This document shows, piece after piece, positions 54,067 through 63,443 of a DNA stretch of 64,000 nucleotides. The notes below the pieces were generated by a model that had not been told where the DNA came from, searched no databases, and saw nothing but the letters and a program-made list of their open reading frames with translations. Source of the DNA: an uncultured virus (IMG/VR IMGVR_UViG_3300025767_000006) (Duplodnaviria; Heunggongvirae; Uroviricota; Caudoviricetes); the IMG/VR virus record IMGVR_UViG_3300025767_000006; one strand, 5' to 3'. The translations under genes and the position numbers were made by a program. Every line of letters starts with the position of its first letter. Position 1 is the first letter of the stretch.

Positions 54067-55113
54067 ATGTCCATTATGGATAAACTAAAAAAGAATTCCA
54101 GAGTCAAACACACTGAAGTTCTTTCTGAATCTAAATTCTTTACCGATAAAGATATGATCCCAACAGATGTACCAATGATTAACGTAGCTTTATCTGGCAG
54201 TGCTGATGGTGGTCTAGCTCCAGGACTAACAGTTCTTGCTGGTCCATCAAAACACTTTAAAACTTCGTTTGCATTGATTATGGCTTCGGCATATCTTAAA
54301 AAATATCCTGAAGCAGTATTATTGTTTTATGATTCAGAGTTTGGTTCACCACAACAATACTTTGAACAATTCGAGATCGATACTTCTCGGGTATTGCACA
54401 CACCTATTACAAACGTAGAAGAACTTAAATTTGATATTGTACATCAATTAGAGTCTTTAGATTATAACGATCGAGTTTGTATTGTTATTGACTCTGTTGG
54501 TAACCTAGCTTCAAAGAAAGAACTTGAAGATGCACTGAATGAGAAATCAGTTGCTGATATGTCTCGTGCAAAAGCATTAAAAGGTTTGTTCCGTATGTGT
54601 ACACCATATCTAGCAATGAAGAATATCCCATTGATTGCGGTTAACCATACTTATCAAGAGATTGGATTGTTCCCTAAGGCTATTGTTTCTGGTGGTACTG
54701 GTATCTATTACTCAGCCGATAATATCTGGATTCTTGGTCGCCGACAAAATAAGACTGGAACTGAAATTACTGGTTATGACTTTGTAATTAACGTTGAGAA
54801 ATCTCGTTATGTCAAAGAAAAATCAAAGATTCCTATTTCAGTATCTTGGGAAGGTGGCGTACAAAAGTTCTCTGGTCTTCGTGAAATTGCACTTACAGGT
54901 AACTATATTGCCAAACCTTCTAATGGCTGGTACGCCAAAGTTGATAGAGAAACTGGAGAAATTTCAGATCAAAAGGTACGAGAAAAACAAACTCTTGACC
55001 CCGAATTCTGGACATCTATTTTTGAAGAAACCGATTTTAAAGAATATTTAACTCAGTGTTATAAAATTGGTGGCAATAAGATTATTGAGATTGATGATGA
55101 TATCATTGAGTGA
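54067..55113 (+). CDS. uvsX: RecA-like recombinase UvsX
   Basis: AGPSKHFKT, YDSEFG, IDS.GNLASKKE, SGGTG. Confidence 0.96.
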   Translation: MSIMDKLKKNSRVKHTEVLSESKFFTDKDMIPTDVPMINVALSGSADGGLAPGLTVLAGPSKHFKTSFALIMASAYLKKYPEAVLLFYDSEFGSPQQYFEQFEIDTSRVLHTPITNVEELKFDIVHQLESLDYNDRVCIVIDSVGNLASKKELEDALNEKSVADMSRAKALKGLFRMCTPYLAMKNIPLIAVNHTYQEIGLFPKAIVSGGTGIYYSADNIWILGRRQNKTGTEITGYDFVINVEKSRYVKEKSKIPISVSWEGGVQKFSGLREIALTGNYIAKPSNGWYAKVDRETGEISDQKVREKQTLDPEFWTSIFEETDFKEYLTQCYKIGGNKIIEIDDDIIE

Positions 55114-55414
55114 AAATAAAGACTATAAATTAGTACACCACGAAGAACATCCAGATGCTTGGGCAGTACGCTTTGAGTCTGGTGACTTCGTGGAGACTAC
55201 TATTGTCTTTGGTGAAATTGGATATAACGATAAAGAAGAGGCATTAACTTTTGACTTTCAAATTGTAGATACACCCGATGAAAACCTATCAGTTGAAAAT
55301 AATGGTTTACAAAACTTCGCTGGTATGGTATTATTAGATATTATTGATAAAGGCCTTGAAGAAGGCTTTGTGAAAGCTTATGATCGGGAAAATGGAGATG
55401 AACTTACAAATTGA
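55067..55414 (+). CDS. Hypothetical protein in gp40 position
   Basis: Between uvsX and gp41; start uncertain. Confidence 0.55.
   Translation: MVAIRLLRLMMISLSENKDYKLVHHEEHPDAWAVRFESGDFVETTIVFGEIGYNDKEEALTFDFQIVDTPDENLSVENNGLQNFAGMVLLDIIDKGLEEGFVKAYDRENGDELTN
55306..55334 (+). promoter_or_regulatory. Putative promoter for gp41
   Basis: (G)TTTACA-17 nt-TATTAT. Confidence 0.55.
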
Positions 55415-56783
55415 GAATACAATACTGCGTAATCTTTTAACTAATGAAGATTACATGCGTAAGGTGTTACCATTTATTAAACCAGAATACTTTGAAGGGC
55501 CATATAGAGCGCTCTTTAAAGAAGCTGGTAAATTTGTCGCAAAATATAATAAACTACCAAGTCAAGAAACTTTCTTAGTAGAATTAAATGAGCATTCAAA
55601 TCTAAATGGTGATACTTTTACTGCTGCAGTAGAAATTGCTAAACAATTATTTGTTGGTGATACAGTAGATGAAAATTGGTTACTTGATAATACTGAAAAG
55701 TGGTGTCAAGATCGTGCAATTTATAATGCAGTAATGGAATCTATTAATATTATTGATGGTAAACATGATACTTTAACTAAGAATGCTTTACCAGATCTTC
55801 TTACAAAAGCTCTTGGCGTAGCCTTTGATACTAATGTTGGTCACGATTATGTTGATAATGCTGAACAACGATTTGATTTCTACCATACAGAAGAAGATAG
55901 GATTCCCTTTGATCTCGATTATCTCAATAAAATTACAAAGGGTGGTGTACCACGTAAAACACTTAACATTGCCCTTGCAGGTACTGGCGTTGGCAAGTCT
56001 CTATTCATGTGTCATGTTGCTAGTGGCGCTTTGGTAGAAGGTCGTAATGTTCTTTATATTACGATGGAAATGGCAGAAGAACGTATTGCTGAGCGTATCG
56101 ATGCTAACTTATTGAATGTTCCCATTGATCAACTCGATAAAATGTCAAAAGATATGTTTACAAGTAAAATTGCAAACTTAGCTCGTAAGACTACAGGTCG
56201 ATTGATTGTAAAGGAATATCCTACTGGGTCAGCTCATGCAGGGCACTTTAGAGCTTTATTGAATGAGTTGAAATTAAAGAAACAGTTTGAACCTGATATT
56301 ATCTTTATTGATTACTTAAATATCTGTGCTTCATCTCGAATGAAGGGAATGGGTGGTGCAATCAACTCATACACTTACATTAAAGCAGTTGCTGAAGAAT
56401 TACGTGGACTTGCCGTCGAATTCGATGTGCCGGTGTTCTCTGCAACGCAAACGACTCGCTCGGGTTATTCTAACTCAGATGTTGGGCTTGAAGATACGTC
56501 CGAGTCTTTTGGATTACCCGCTACCGCCGATCTTATGTTTGCACTCATCTCAACCGAAGAACTCGAAAAAGATGGACAACTTATGGTCAAGCAACTTAAA
56601 AATCGTTATAATGATCCCACGCTTTATAAAAGATTTGTTGTCGGTATAGATAGATCTAGAATGAGACTATACGATGTGGATCAATCTCAAGAACCACAAC
56701 TGGTTGATGATACTCCAGTTTTTGATAAGTCAAATGCCGGTGGTAGAATTTCAGCTGAAAAATTTGATGGATGGAAACTATGA
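55380..56783 (+). CDS. gp41: Replicative helicase gp41
   Basis: AGTGVGKS, EMAEERI, IDYLNIC, SESFGLPATAD, KNRY; start likely 55392-55398. Confidence 0.96.
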   Translation: MIGKMEMNLQIENTILRNLLTNEDYMRKVLPFIKPEYFEGPYRALFKEAGKFVAKYNKLPSQETFLVELNEHSNLNGDTFTAAVEIAKQLFVGDTVDENWLLDNTEKWCQDRAIYNAVMESINIIDGKHDTLTKNALPDLLTKALGVAFDTNVGHDYVDNAEQRFDFYHTEEDRIPFDLDYLNKITKGGVPRKTLNIALAGTGVGKSLFMCHVASGALVEGRNVLYITMEMAEERIAERIDANLLNVPIDQLDKMSKDMFTSKIANLARKTTGRLIVKEYPTGSAHAGHFRALLNELKLKKQFEPDIIFIDYLNICASSRMKGMGGAINSYTYIKAVAEELRGLAVEFDVPVFSATQTTRSGYSNSDVGLEDTSESFGLPATADLMFALISTEELEKDGQLMVKQLKNRYNDPTLYKRFVVGIDRSRMRLYDVDQSQEPQLVDDTPVFDKSNAGGRISAEKFDGWKL

Positions 56784-56962
56784 AATTAGATGTAATTAGC
56801 TATGACTCAGACCAAGGCATTATTTCATTAGAAATGGATGAAGCCGCTAAGCAATGGATTTTGGATAGAGGATTTAACGAGATACTTAAGGATAGTATAA
56901 AAAATTCCTTAAAACCAGAAGAAGCCCAATATTACCAACCAGGCCAGGATCCACAGACATGA
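56771..56962 (+). CDS. Hypothetical protein
   Basis: Overlaps neighbours in operon fashion. Confidence 0.5.
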   Translation: METMKLDVISYDSDQGIISLEMDEAAKQWILDRGFNEILKDSIKNSLKPEEAQYYQPGQDPQT

Positions 56963-57630
56963 AAGCACGATTAATCTCATATTCGCAAACCCCAGAAGGA
57001 GAACTATATGTCGGTAATGATATCCAAGAACTCGTGGCGTATTGCGCCCGTGTATCCAACCCCTCGAACCAAATTTCTTCTGCGACGTCAGAAAGGTTAC
57101 TTGCCTATCTCGCAAAGCACAAACACTGGTCACCCTTCGAAATGGTATCTGCTTGCATAGAAGTTGAAACAACTCGAGACATTGCAAGACAACTATTAAG
57201 GCATAGATCATTTTCATTTCAAGAGTTTTCTCAACGATATGCTGATGTTCGTGATTTAACTGATGAGTTTGAGATTAGAGAAGCTCGATTGCAAGATACA
57301 AAGAATCGTCAGAACTCTATTGAAACTGATAGTGAAGAACTTCAGAGGGAATGGGATCGGCATCAACGTAGAGTACTTTGGATGGTGCAAGAAGTTTATG
57401 CGTGGGCTTTAGATCATGGTATTGCTAAAGAACAAGCTCGTGCTGTACTACCTGAAGGATTGACTAAGTCTAGGTTATATGTGAATGGTACCCTTCGATC
57501 TTGGATTCATTACATTGAGCTAAGATCTGCCAATGGTACTCAAAAAGAACATATGGAAATTGCAAGGGAATGTGCTTGTGCAATTGCTAAAATCTTCCCT
57601 CTAATTGATGAATATGTGGAGAATATTTAA
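56959..57630 (+). CDS. thyX: FAD-dependent thymidylate synthase
   Basis: HWSPFE, RHRSFSFQEFSQRY, EQAR.VLP, TQKEH. Confidence 0.95.
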   Translation: MKARLISYSQTPEGELYVGNDIQELVAYCARVSNPSNQISSATSERLLAYLAKHKHWSPFEMVSACIEVETTRDIARQLLRHRSFSFQEFSQRYADVRDLTDEFEIREARLQDTKNRQNSIETDSEELQREWDRHQRRVLWMVQEVYAWALDHGIAKEQARAVLPEGLTKSRLYVNGTLRSWIHYIELRSANGTQKEHMEIARECACAIAKIFPLIDEYVENI

Positions 57631-57675
57631 TATTTTTTTAAAATAATTCCTAAGTTATTGATTTTCCTCTCAAAC

Positions 57676-57763
57676 TAAATGCACTTTTTTTCAAATTAAG
57701 TGCATTTTTTTGTTTACAAAGGCTAAAAAGTATAGTATAATATACTTATAAAATGAAAAAAGG
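57676..57763 (+). promoter_or_regulatory. Early promoter cassette with inverted repeat, copy 2
   Basis: TTTACA(57713)-17-TATAAT(57736); matches 48791..48878 outside the spacer. Confidence 0.85.
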
Positions 57764-57773
57764 AACTAAACCA

Positions 57774-58043
57774 ATGATGAATGACTTTGTAGAATCTGTA
57801 CTTTGTGATGATGTTACTTTACCACCAGCTGGTAGTCGTATCACTTATACTTATATTTCAGGTGGGGATTATCCCAACTATGAAAAATCTCAAGTATCGT
57901 CATTTTTGTCTTCAGGTGATGAAGCAGATGTTATCCGCGCTGCAAATAGTCTTCGTATTCAGGCCGACTTTGATTGGCATTATTTTATCGAAGCTTTTAG
58001 AAAAGATGCAGATGGTTCATATGAAATTGTTTTAGGTTCTTAG
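57774..58043 (+). CDS. Hypothetical early protein
   Basis: AAGGA RBS, first gene after promoter cassette. Confidence 0.6.
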   Translation: MMNDFVESVLCDDVTLPPAGSRITYTYISGGDYPNYEKSQVSSFLSSGDEADVIRAANSLRIQADFDWHYFIEAFRKDADGSYEIVLGS

Positions 58044-58054
58044 GAGAGATAGTT

Positions 58055-58267
58055 ATGTTAGCTTATTGTGATTATATTGCAGATGCAGTACAAAAAGGTT
58101 TGATTAGAGATCAATACATGAATCCCGATCGTATCAAGTTGAGCGATGTTTCAAAAGTTCAAATGGATTTACATCCTGACAAAGGTTATTTCGTATCTAC
58201 TAAAAAAACAATTAGTGTTGAAGATATGAATGGTAAGAAATATAAAATTACAGTGGAGGAAGTGTAA
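58055..58267 (+). CDS. Hypothetical protein
   Basis: AGGAG RBS. Confidence 0.65.
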   Translation: MLAYCDYIADAVQKGLIRDQYMNPDRIKLSDVSKVQMDLHPDKGYFVSTKKTISVEDMNGKKYKITVEEV

Positions 58268-58458
58268 TGTCAAAAATGATGGGTGGATTAATTGCTTTCT
58301 TTGGGTTTATTCTTATTCTTGGATCAGCGGGATCAGATTGTGATGGCGCGTGTATGGAAAATGCAATGTCATTAACTCAAATTATTGCCTTTACATTGGC
58401 TGGTTTTTGTTGTATAATAATAGGTATAATATTGATGAAAGGAAACGATTATGAGTAA
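58267..58458 (+). CDS. Small two-TM membrane protein
   Basis: Two hydrophobic segments flanking SDCDGAC. Confidence 0.65.
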   Translation: MSKMMGGLIAFFGFILILGSAGSDCDGACMENAMSLTQIIAFTLAGFCCIIIGIILMKGNDYE

Positions 58459-58663
58459 GATGGGACAAGCAGTTTTTGAGGGGCAAGAATTTGCTCAAGA
58501 AAATTATAATACACCTCGTGACCAGTTCATGACTATGGTTCGTGCAGAATTTGCTAGTAAACCAATACAGCGTGAATCTGCAATTGAGGAATTTGAAACA
58601 ATTGGTAATGATTTAGCAGATTATGCTGCTTATATTGCGGAGGGTATGTACAATGGCGATTGA
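58451..58663 (+). CDS. Hypothetical protein
   Basis: AAGGA RBS; MSKMG start. Confidence 0.6.
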   Translation: MSKMGQAVFEGQEFAQENYNTPRDQFMTMVRAEFASKPIQRESAIEEFETIGNDLADYAAYIAEGMYNGD

Positions 58664-58970
58664 ACCACAACGTTATCCAACTGACTCATATGTTGGCACT
58701 TTTTCACCTGATAATGAAAAAGACATGCAAGAATTGCAAATGGTTAGAGGTATGGTTTCGCGATTTAACGAATGGAATAAACAGCGTGGAGATGACTATC
58801 GCTGGAGAGTTGTTATTCGTGGTCGTAAGCCATACCAAAAAATGAAAGCTGTTCACCCACATTATGCATTCTGTAATTCAAAAGGCGAGGTTTCTTACGA
58901 TTACTTTGGAAATATTGTCGGTGGAATCAAAAATGCTTCACTTTATAAAGCATACATTTATAGGAGATAA
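58653..58970 (+). CDS. Hypothetical protein
   Basis: GGAGG RBS before ATG 58653. Confidence 0.6.
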   Translation: MAIEPQRYPTDSYVGTFSPDNEKDMQELQMVRGMVSRFNEWNKQRGDDYRWRVVIRGRKPYQKMKAVHPHYAFCNSKGEVSYDYFGNIVGGIKNASLYKAYIYRR

Positions 58971-58971
58971 A

Positions 58972-59337
58972 ATGATAGACTACAAATATAATGAAGGTGA
59001 ATTGATTCGCCAATTTAAATCATATATTGATTCTACGTATAAAGGTCATTATTCAACTGACAAATTTCAAGCAACTGAATTTATTATTGATGGTGGTCAT
59101 GGTACTGGATTTTGTATTGGTAACGTTATGAAATATGCTCAACGTTATGGTAAGAAAGGATCACCAGATGATGCAAGGAAAGACCTTATGAAGGTCCTTC
59201 ACTATGCACTCATCCAGTTATATATCCATGACCTTAGTTCGCAAGTGGATTGTCCAGTGACCGCTGCAACTTCTTTGTCAACTGATCTTCAAGGTCCTTC
59301 AGATCTCGAGCTACCTTTGTCTCAAGGTCTTTTATAG
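58972..59337 (+). CDS. DUF3310-like protein
   Basis: YI..TY..HY, GFC.GN..KYA.RYGKK, DL.K..HY; AGGAG RBS. Confidence 0.75.
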   Translation: MIDYKYNEGELIRQFKSYIDSTYKGHYSTDKFQATEFIIDGGHGTGFCIGNVMKYAQRYGKKGSPDDARKDLMKVLHYALIQLYIHDLSSQVDCPVTAATSLSTDLQGPSDLELPLSQGLL

Positions 59338-59779
59338 TATTATCATTTCGCTCTGCAAGACGACTGGCCTTTTGGTCATAATCGTTTTGTAGAGCGTCTC
59401 TTTTTGCCTCAAATCGTTCTTCTGCATTTACTATAAGTTCACGAGTTTCTTGTTCAGAAGATCTAATTTTGTCTTCCATACGATCTACTTGCTTTTCAAC
59501 CGAAAGAATATCATCTCTTAAACCAGATTTAATGTCTCGTGTATATTCTATAGCTTCTTCAATACGAATCATTTGTTCATCCATCTTTTGAATAACTAAA
59601 GTATTTTCAGCTTTAATTGCATCCACATCGATGTTTTCAACAATTTCTTTCATATTCCTATAGTCATTATAGAATTCGAATCCACCCCAAGCAGCACCGC
59701 CTAGAGTTGATAGAGCAGTAAGAACCATAAACATTTTTCCACCACGAAAGGTGGTTCCAGCAAATTCGAATTCTGCCAT
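59234..59779 (-). CDS. Membrane-anchored coiled-coil protein
   Basis: N-terminal TM (VLTALSTLGGAAWGGF), long heptad region, ends LDNPLAN. Confidence 0.7.
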   Translation of the reverse strand: MAEFEFAGTTFRGGKMFMVLTALSTLGGAAWGGFEFYNDYRNMKEIVENIDVDAIKAENTLVIQKMDEQMIRIEEAIEYTRDIKSGLRDDILSVEKQVDRMEDKIRSSEQETRELIVNAEERFEAKRDALQNDYDQKASRLAERNDNTIKDLETKVARDLKDLEDQLTKKLQRSLDNPLAN

Positions 59780-59780
59780 G

Positions 59781-60368
59781 TTATTCTCCTATTTGCACGT
59801 TTCTTTTTCTATGACCATTCCATGCAACAAAACCACCAATACGTAAAGCCCAATAGGCTAAGTAGTTAAGTAAATGGAATCCATTTTGTTCAATATTAAT
59901 GTCTCTAAAGATCATATCAGCTTGTCTTTGATTCATAAGATGCGTTGTAGTACCATCAACTTTAAGTAGTCTTTGATATTTGTATGCGTAGTCATGAATA
60001 AGACCACCCATTAACAATACCCCAGTTGGTGATAACCAAGTAGCTAAAAATTTAGGTACTGATGCGCCATCAAAAGTAAATCCTGCTGGAATTACAAATT
60101 CTTCATTTTGCAATTTATATTTAAAATCTTCAGCAATTTCCCATTGACGCACACCCACAAACCACATCCATATAGCTCCCCAGAAACCTTTGCCCGCAGT
60201 TTCTATTTTAATAGGTCGCATGTTAGGCATTTCTTCGTATGAAAAGCTAACCAATTCTTTATCATTATCAACACCAAATAGATTAGCAATAAACCCGATA
60301 AGTACGAGTATACCAACAATTGTAAATTGCCAGAAATTAACTAATTGATCTATTATTGTTGTAAGCAT
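59781..60368 (-). CDS. DUF1353-like membrane-associated protein
   Basis: IPAGF.FDGASVP, LIHDYAY, ADMIF, ALR.GG..AW. Confidence 0.75.
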   Translation of the reverse strand: MLTTIIDQLVNFWQFTIVGILVLIGFIANLFGVDNDKELVSFSYEEMPNMRPIKIETAGKGFWGAIWMWFVGVRQWEIAEDFKYKLQNEEFVIPAGFTFDGASVPKFLATWLSPTGVLLMGGLIHDYAYKYQRLLKVDGTTTHLMNQRQADMIFRDINIEQNGFHLLNYLAYWALRIGGFVAWNGHRKRNVQIGE

Positions 60369-60378
60369 TTGAATTCTC

Positions 60379-60591
60379 CTAACCTAATTTGTCTTCTTTA
60401 AATACTGGTTTCCATTCCCATTTTGGAACTTTTGACCAGTATTCTTTTGGAGTTGTAAAAGATTGTTCCCATTGCATTGAAATAACTCTAGATTTAAAAT
60501 AAAAGTAAGTTGTTACTGATAATCCTAAAGCCATTAAAATTCCGCAAATAAGGAAATATATTTTTTCTTTTTTAGAATATAAATCATACAT
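60379..60591 (-). CDS. Small single-TM protein
   Basis: Hydrophobic segment; AAGGAG RBS. Confidence 0.55.
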   Translation of the reverse strand: MYDLYSKKEKIYFLICGILMALGLSVTTYFYFKSRVISMQWEQSFTTPKEYWSKVPKWEWKPVFKEDKLG

Positions 60592-60603
60592 ATGAATCTC
60601 TCC

Positions 60604-61038
60604 TTAATCGTCTAAGGTAACTACACCTTCGGCAATCAATCTTTCACGATTAACCATGTGTGCAGCCTGAGTTTCTTCTTTACTTCCACCAAAGTAAGGA
60701 ACGCAATGTCCTTCTTCTATCATAATTTCGGTAATCATTCGACCATCTTCAGCAACAAAGTCACCAAGGACACGGCCAAACTTACCTTTCATATCTTCAC
60801 CATTTTTAGCAATTTGTGTTCTTAAAACTGCAACATCACCAAGAAGTTCTTGCAATCTTTTCTTAGCTGCAAGACCGAATGCTTTTTCTGTTAAATCACG
60901 AGTGCGACTTTCAGGAGTATCAATACCCATAATTCTTACACGTTCATCAGATAGCACAACACCAAATCCCAATTCAATATCAACATCAACGGTATCACCG
61001 TCTACTACTTTGTTGACTTTAACTCTATATTCGTACAT
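60604..61038 (-). CDS. Thermonuclease (SNase-like)
   Basis: VVDGDT, RVRIMGIDTPE, GKFGR.LG. Confidence 0.88.
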   Translation of the reverse strand: MYEYRVKVNKVVDGDTVDVDIELGFGVVLSDERVRIMGIDTPESRTRDLTEKAFGLAAKKRLQELLGDVAVLRTQIAKNGEDMKGKFGRVLGDFVAEDGRMITEIMIEEGHCVPYFGGSKEETQAAHMVNRERLIAEGVVTLDD

Positions 61039-61127
61039 TATTTTCTCCTAGAGCGCTTTAATGCTCGTTTGATTCTTTTCTGTTTTAGAACGGCTATAGC
61101 CCATCTTAAAACTTCAATAAAGTACAT
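61038..61127 (-). CDS. 29-aa basic peptide (not in ORF track)
   Basis: MYFIEVLRWAIAVLKQKRIKRALKRSRRK*; TAATG overlap with nuclease start. Confidence 0.45.
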   Translation of the reverse strand: MYFIEVLRWAIAVLKQKRIKRALKRSRRK

Positions 61128-61128
61128 T

Positions 61129-61554
61129 TTAATTTTCAAAGCCGCTTTGAGCGTTTAATTTCTTTAAAGCTTCTAATTCTTCTTGGAGCTTTAAAACTTC
61201 TATTCGTTTTTTTCGTAATTCTAATTCATATAAAGAATTACAATTGATTCGTTCTTTAGGTCCATCTAAAGGGATTGTAATTCTAGCATATACGCCAATA
61301 TCTTTAGTAGATGCACCATTGTCATTAGAGAAAGGACTATTGTAATTGTCAATAATTCCTGTTACTCCAAACTCAAAATTGGTTGATCCACCAATAGCAT
61401 TTTTACAATCAATTTCTCCTGATCGAATACTATCTTGGCCATATTGAGTTCCAGGTGATGGCATTTGCAAATTGAGTGAACTATTTTCTGCCATGGCTTC
61501 TATACTAAATAAAAGACTGGTTATTATTATCGCTAAATACTTCATAAAATTCAC
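61129..61554 (-). CDS. Exported protein with Cys pair and C-terminal coiled coil
   Basis: Signal peptide (..IEAMA/E), beta-rich core, CKN..INC. Confidence 0.65.
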   Translation of the reverse strand: MNFMKYLAIIITSLLFSIEAMAENSSLNLQMPSPGTQYGQDSIRSGEIDCKNAIGGSTNFEFGVTGIIDNYNSPFSNDNGASTKDIGVYARITIPLDGPKERINCNSLYELELRKKRIEVLKLQEELEALKKLNAQSGFEN

Positions 61555-61956
61555 CTATTTGTTTTGTCTTTGATGCTGAAACTTTGAACATATTCTAGAA
61601 GATATAGCAGTTCTTATATCACTAGCTTTTCTTAATTTACTTTTAGAACAAATGTATGTTGCAGCTTCGTAATCAGCTTTTCGAATATACACATCAAAAG
61701 TAACATGACTTAGATATCTTATTTTTAATATCTTATAAGTTGACACAAATGGTATTTCTTTAAAGTCTTTATCGAATACGCCGATTTCATAAAATTCAAC
61801 ATCTTCCCGCTTATTAAACATCTTCATAGTGGTTTTATACACACCATCTATAGCTACGGTACTTAGCTTTGGATATGTTGGAATCATTTCATGCGCACTA
61901 GCAGTACCAGCATATAATGCTAATACTGCTAGTGGTAATATAATATTTTTTAACAT
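61555..61956 (-). CDS. Exported Ig-like protein, resembles pilus chaperone N-domain
   Basis: Signal peptide (ASA/HEM), M.P, M.N, alternating beta pattern, two C-terminal Cys. Confidence 0.5.
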   Translation of the reverse strand: MLKNIILPLAVLALYAGTASAHEMIPTYPKLSTVAIDGVYKTTMKMFNKREDVEFYEIGVFDKDFKEIPFVSTYKILKIRYLSHVTFDVYIRKADYEAATYICSKSKLRKASDIRTAISSRICSKFQHQRQNK

Positions 61957-61972
61957 AACAAACACTATCCTA

Positions 61973-62503
61973 TTACTGAGCAATACATTCAGCAGTTACT
62001 AGTGCTGTGTAGTTTCCACCTGGAAATGATTTACTACCACCCATCGTTGCGACAGATGCTGTTTTAAACCATGTACTTCCAGTTGCGGTGAGATCATATT
62101 TGTCAGTCATACCAGTTTGAATTTTATTTGATTCATATGAACCCATGCCTGTTGCATCAGATACTGCCTCAACTGTTGTATTACCAGTAAACGTTACTTG
62201 ATCTGGTAATGCTGGACTAGATGAAAATTCAGTTGGTGGAGTAATTACTGCATAATAAGCATCAGCTAGAGTTACATCAAAACGAATAATAGGTGGTAAT
62301 CCACCATCAGCTGGTGCAGTTGTTAGTGTATACGCATTAGGGTTTCCAAACACACCAGCAGTGTCAGTTTGAATAATGCATCTAGATGTTACAATACCAT
62401 TAATTGGCACTTGTTCTGCCTTAGCATAAGTTAAGCCAGACCCTAATATGCCCATGCCTACACTTAATGCTATAACTTTTTGTTTAGTGAACACATATCT
62501 CAT
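61973..62503 (-). CDS. Exported pilin/fimbrial-subunit-like protein
   Basis: Signal peptide (AKA/E), I.G.V.S.C.I start, C-terminal PGGNYTALVTAECIAQ. Confidence 0.55.
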   Translation of the reverse strand: MRYVFTKQKVIALSVGMGILGSGLTYAKAEQVPINGIVTSRCIIQTDTAGVFGNPNAYTLTTAPADGGLPPIIRFDVTLADAYYAVITPPTEFSSSPALPDQVTFTGNTTVEAVSDATGMGSYESNKIQTGMTDKYDLTATGSTWFKTASVATMGGSKSFPGGNYTALVTAECIAQ

Positions 62504-62537
62504 GTGTTTTCTCCTATAAGTTTAGAGTGACATAATA

Positions 62538-63443
62538 TTACTTGTATTGCATATCCACTAATTCATTATGCAATATTTGTTGAGCTAAGTTATTTCTTAA
62601 ACCTGTTCCGTTATCAGGCAATTTAGAATCAACTAATTCAATAGTTTCTTTATATGCGCCGCCTGATATTGTTTTATTGTATCCTTGAGCAATTACAGCT
62701 AAATTAGCAATTTCATTCATTTGTTGAATTAATTGATTTTCTGCGAATAAGGCTGAAGCATCAGTAGCAGATAAAGCTTTTTCTAATCTGTACTTTCTAA
62801 CTTTTTCTTCAGCTTCTTCCTTTTCTTTTTCTTTTTCTTTTTCTAGCTGCTCGTCATTTTCTTGTATAAGAACTAATTCTTCATTACTTAAATCTACGTT
62901 TTCATCTTTAGTTGCGTCATATAATGTAGTTAGATCTACTGTAGGTATTTCAATGTCCAGTTTAGGTTCAACATATCCTGGACAATTGGGATCAAACTGT
63001 GGATCAAAACAAGGATTAACTCTGTAATTATAACTTACATTTGCATCAGTAACTGAACCATCACCCTCAACAGCAATAGATCCATCTCCCCATGCGGCTC
63101 TTGGAATTCCAGGATTCACTTGAACGACTTTATTGATTATAGTTCCTCCCAATGATCCTGGTCTCCATTCGTCAGTCTCTCTAAAAATATATCCAGACCC
63201 ACTAGCGTTTTCATTTTGAATATGCACAGTGGCAGCATCTTCAGTTTTCTTTTGAATCGTATAATTGTAAATAACTGCATTAATATCCAACCCTGCGACG
63301 TCAGGCAGAATATTCTTCATTACCCATTGATGCCCATTACTAGCGGCATTACCAGTTCGACCTGGATACGGGGCAATACTTTCAGAGTAGCAGTAAGAAG
63401 GCCAAAAGACCCATACCACCAACAGTAGCAGCTTCTTTAACAT
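62538..63443 (-). CDS. Exported protein, beta domain plus charged stalk
   Basis: Signal peptide, CFDPQFDPNCPGY motif, Glu/Lys-rich helix. Confidence 0.6.
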   Translation of the reverse strand: MLKKLLLLVVWVFWPSYCYSESIAPYPGRTGNAASNGHQWVMKNILPDVAGLDINAVIYNYTIQKKTEDAATVHIQNENASGSGYIFRETDEWRPGSLGGTIINKVVQVNPGIPRAAWGDGSIAVEGDGSVTDANVSYNYRVNPCFDPQFDPNCPGYVEPKLDIEIPTVDLTTLYDATKDENVDLSNEELVLIQENDEQLEKEKEKEKEEAEEKVRKYRLEKALSATDASALFAENQLIQQMNEIANLAVIAQGYNKTISGGAYKETIELVDSKLPDNGTGLRNNLAQQILHNELVDMQYK

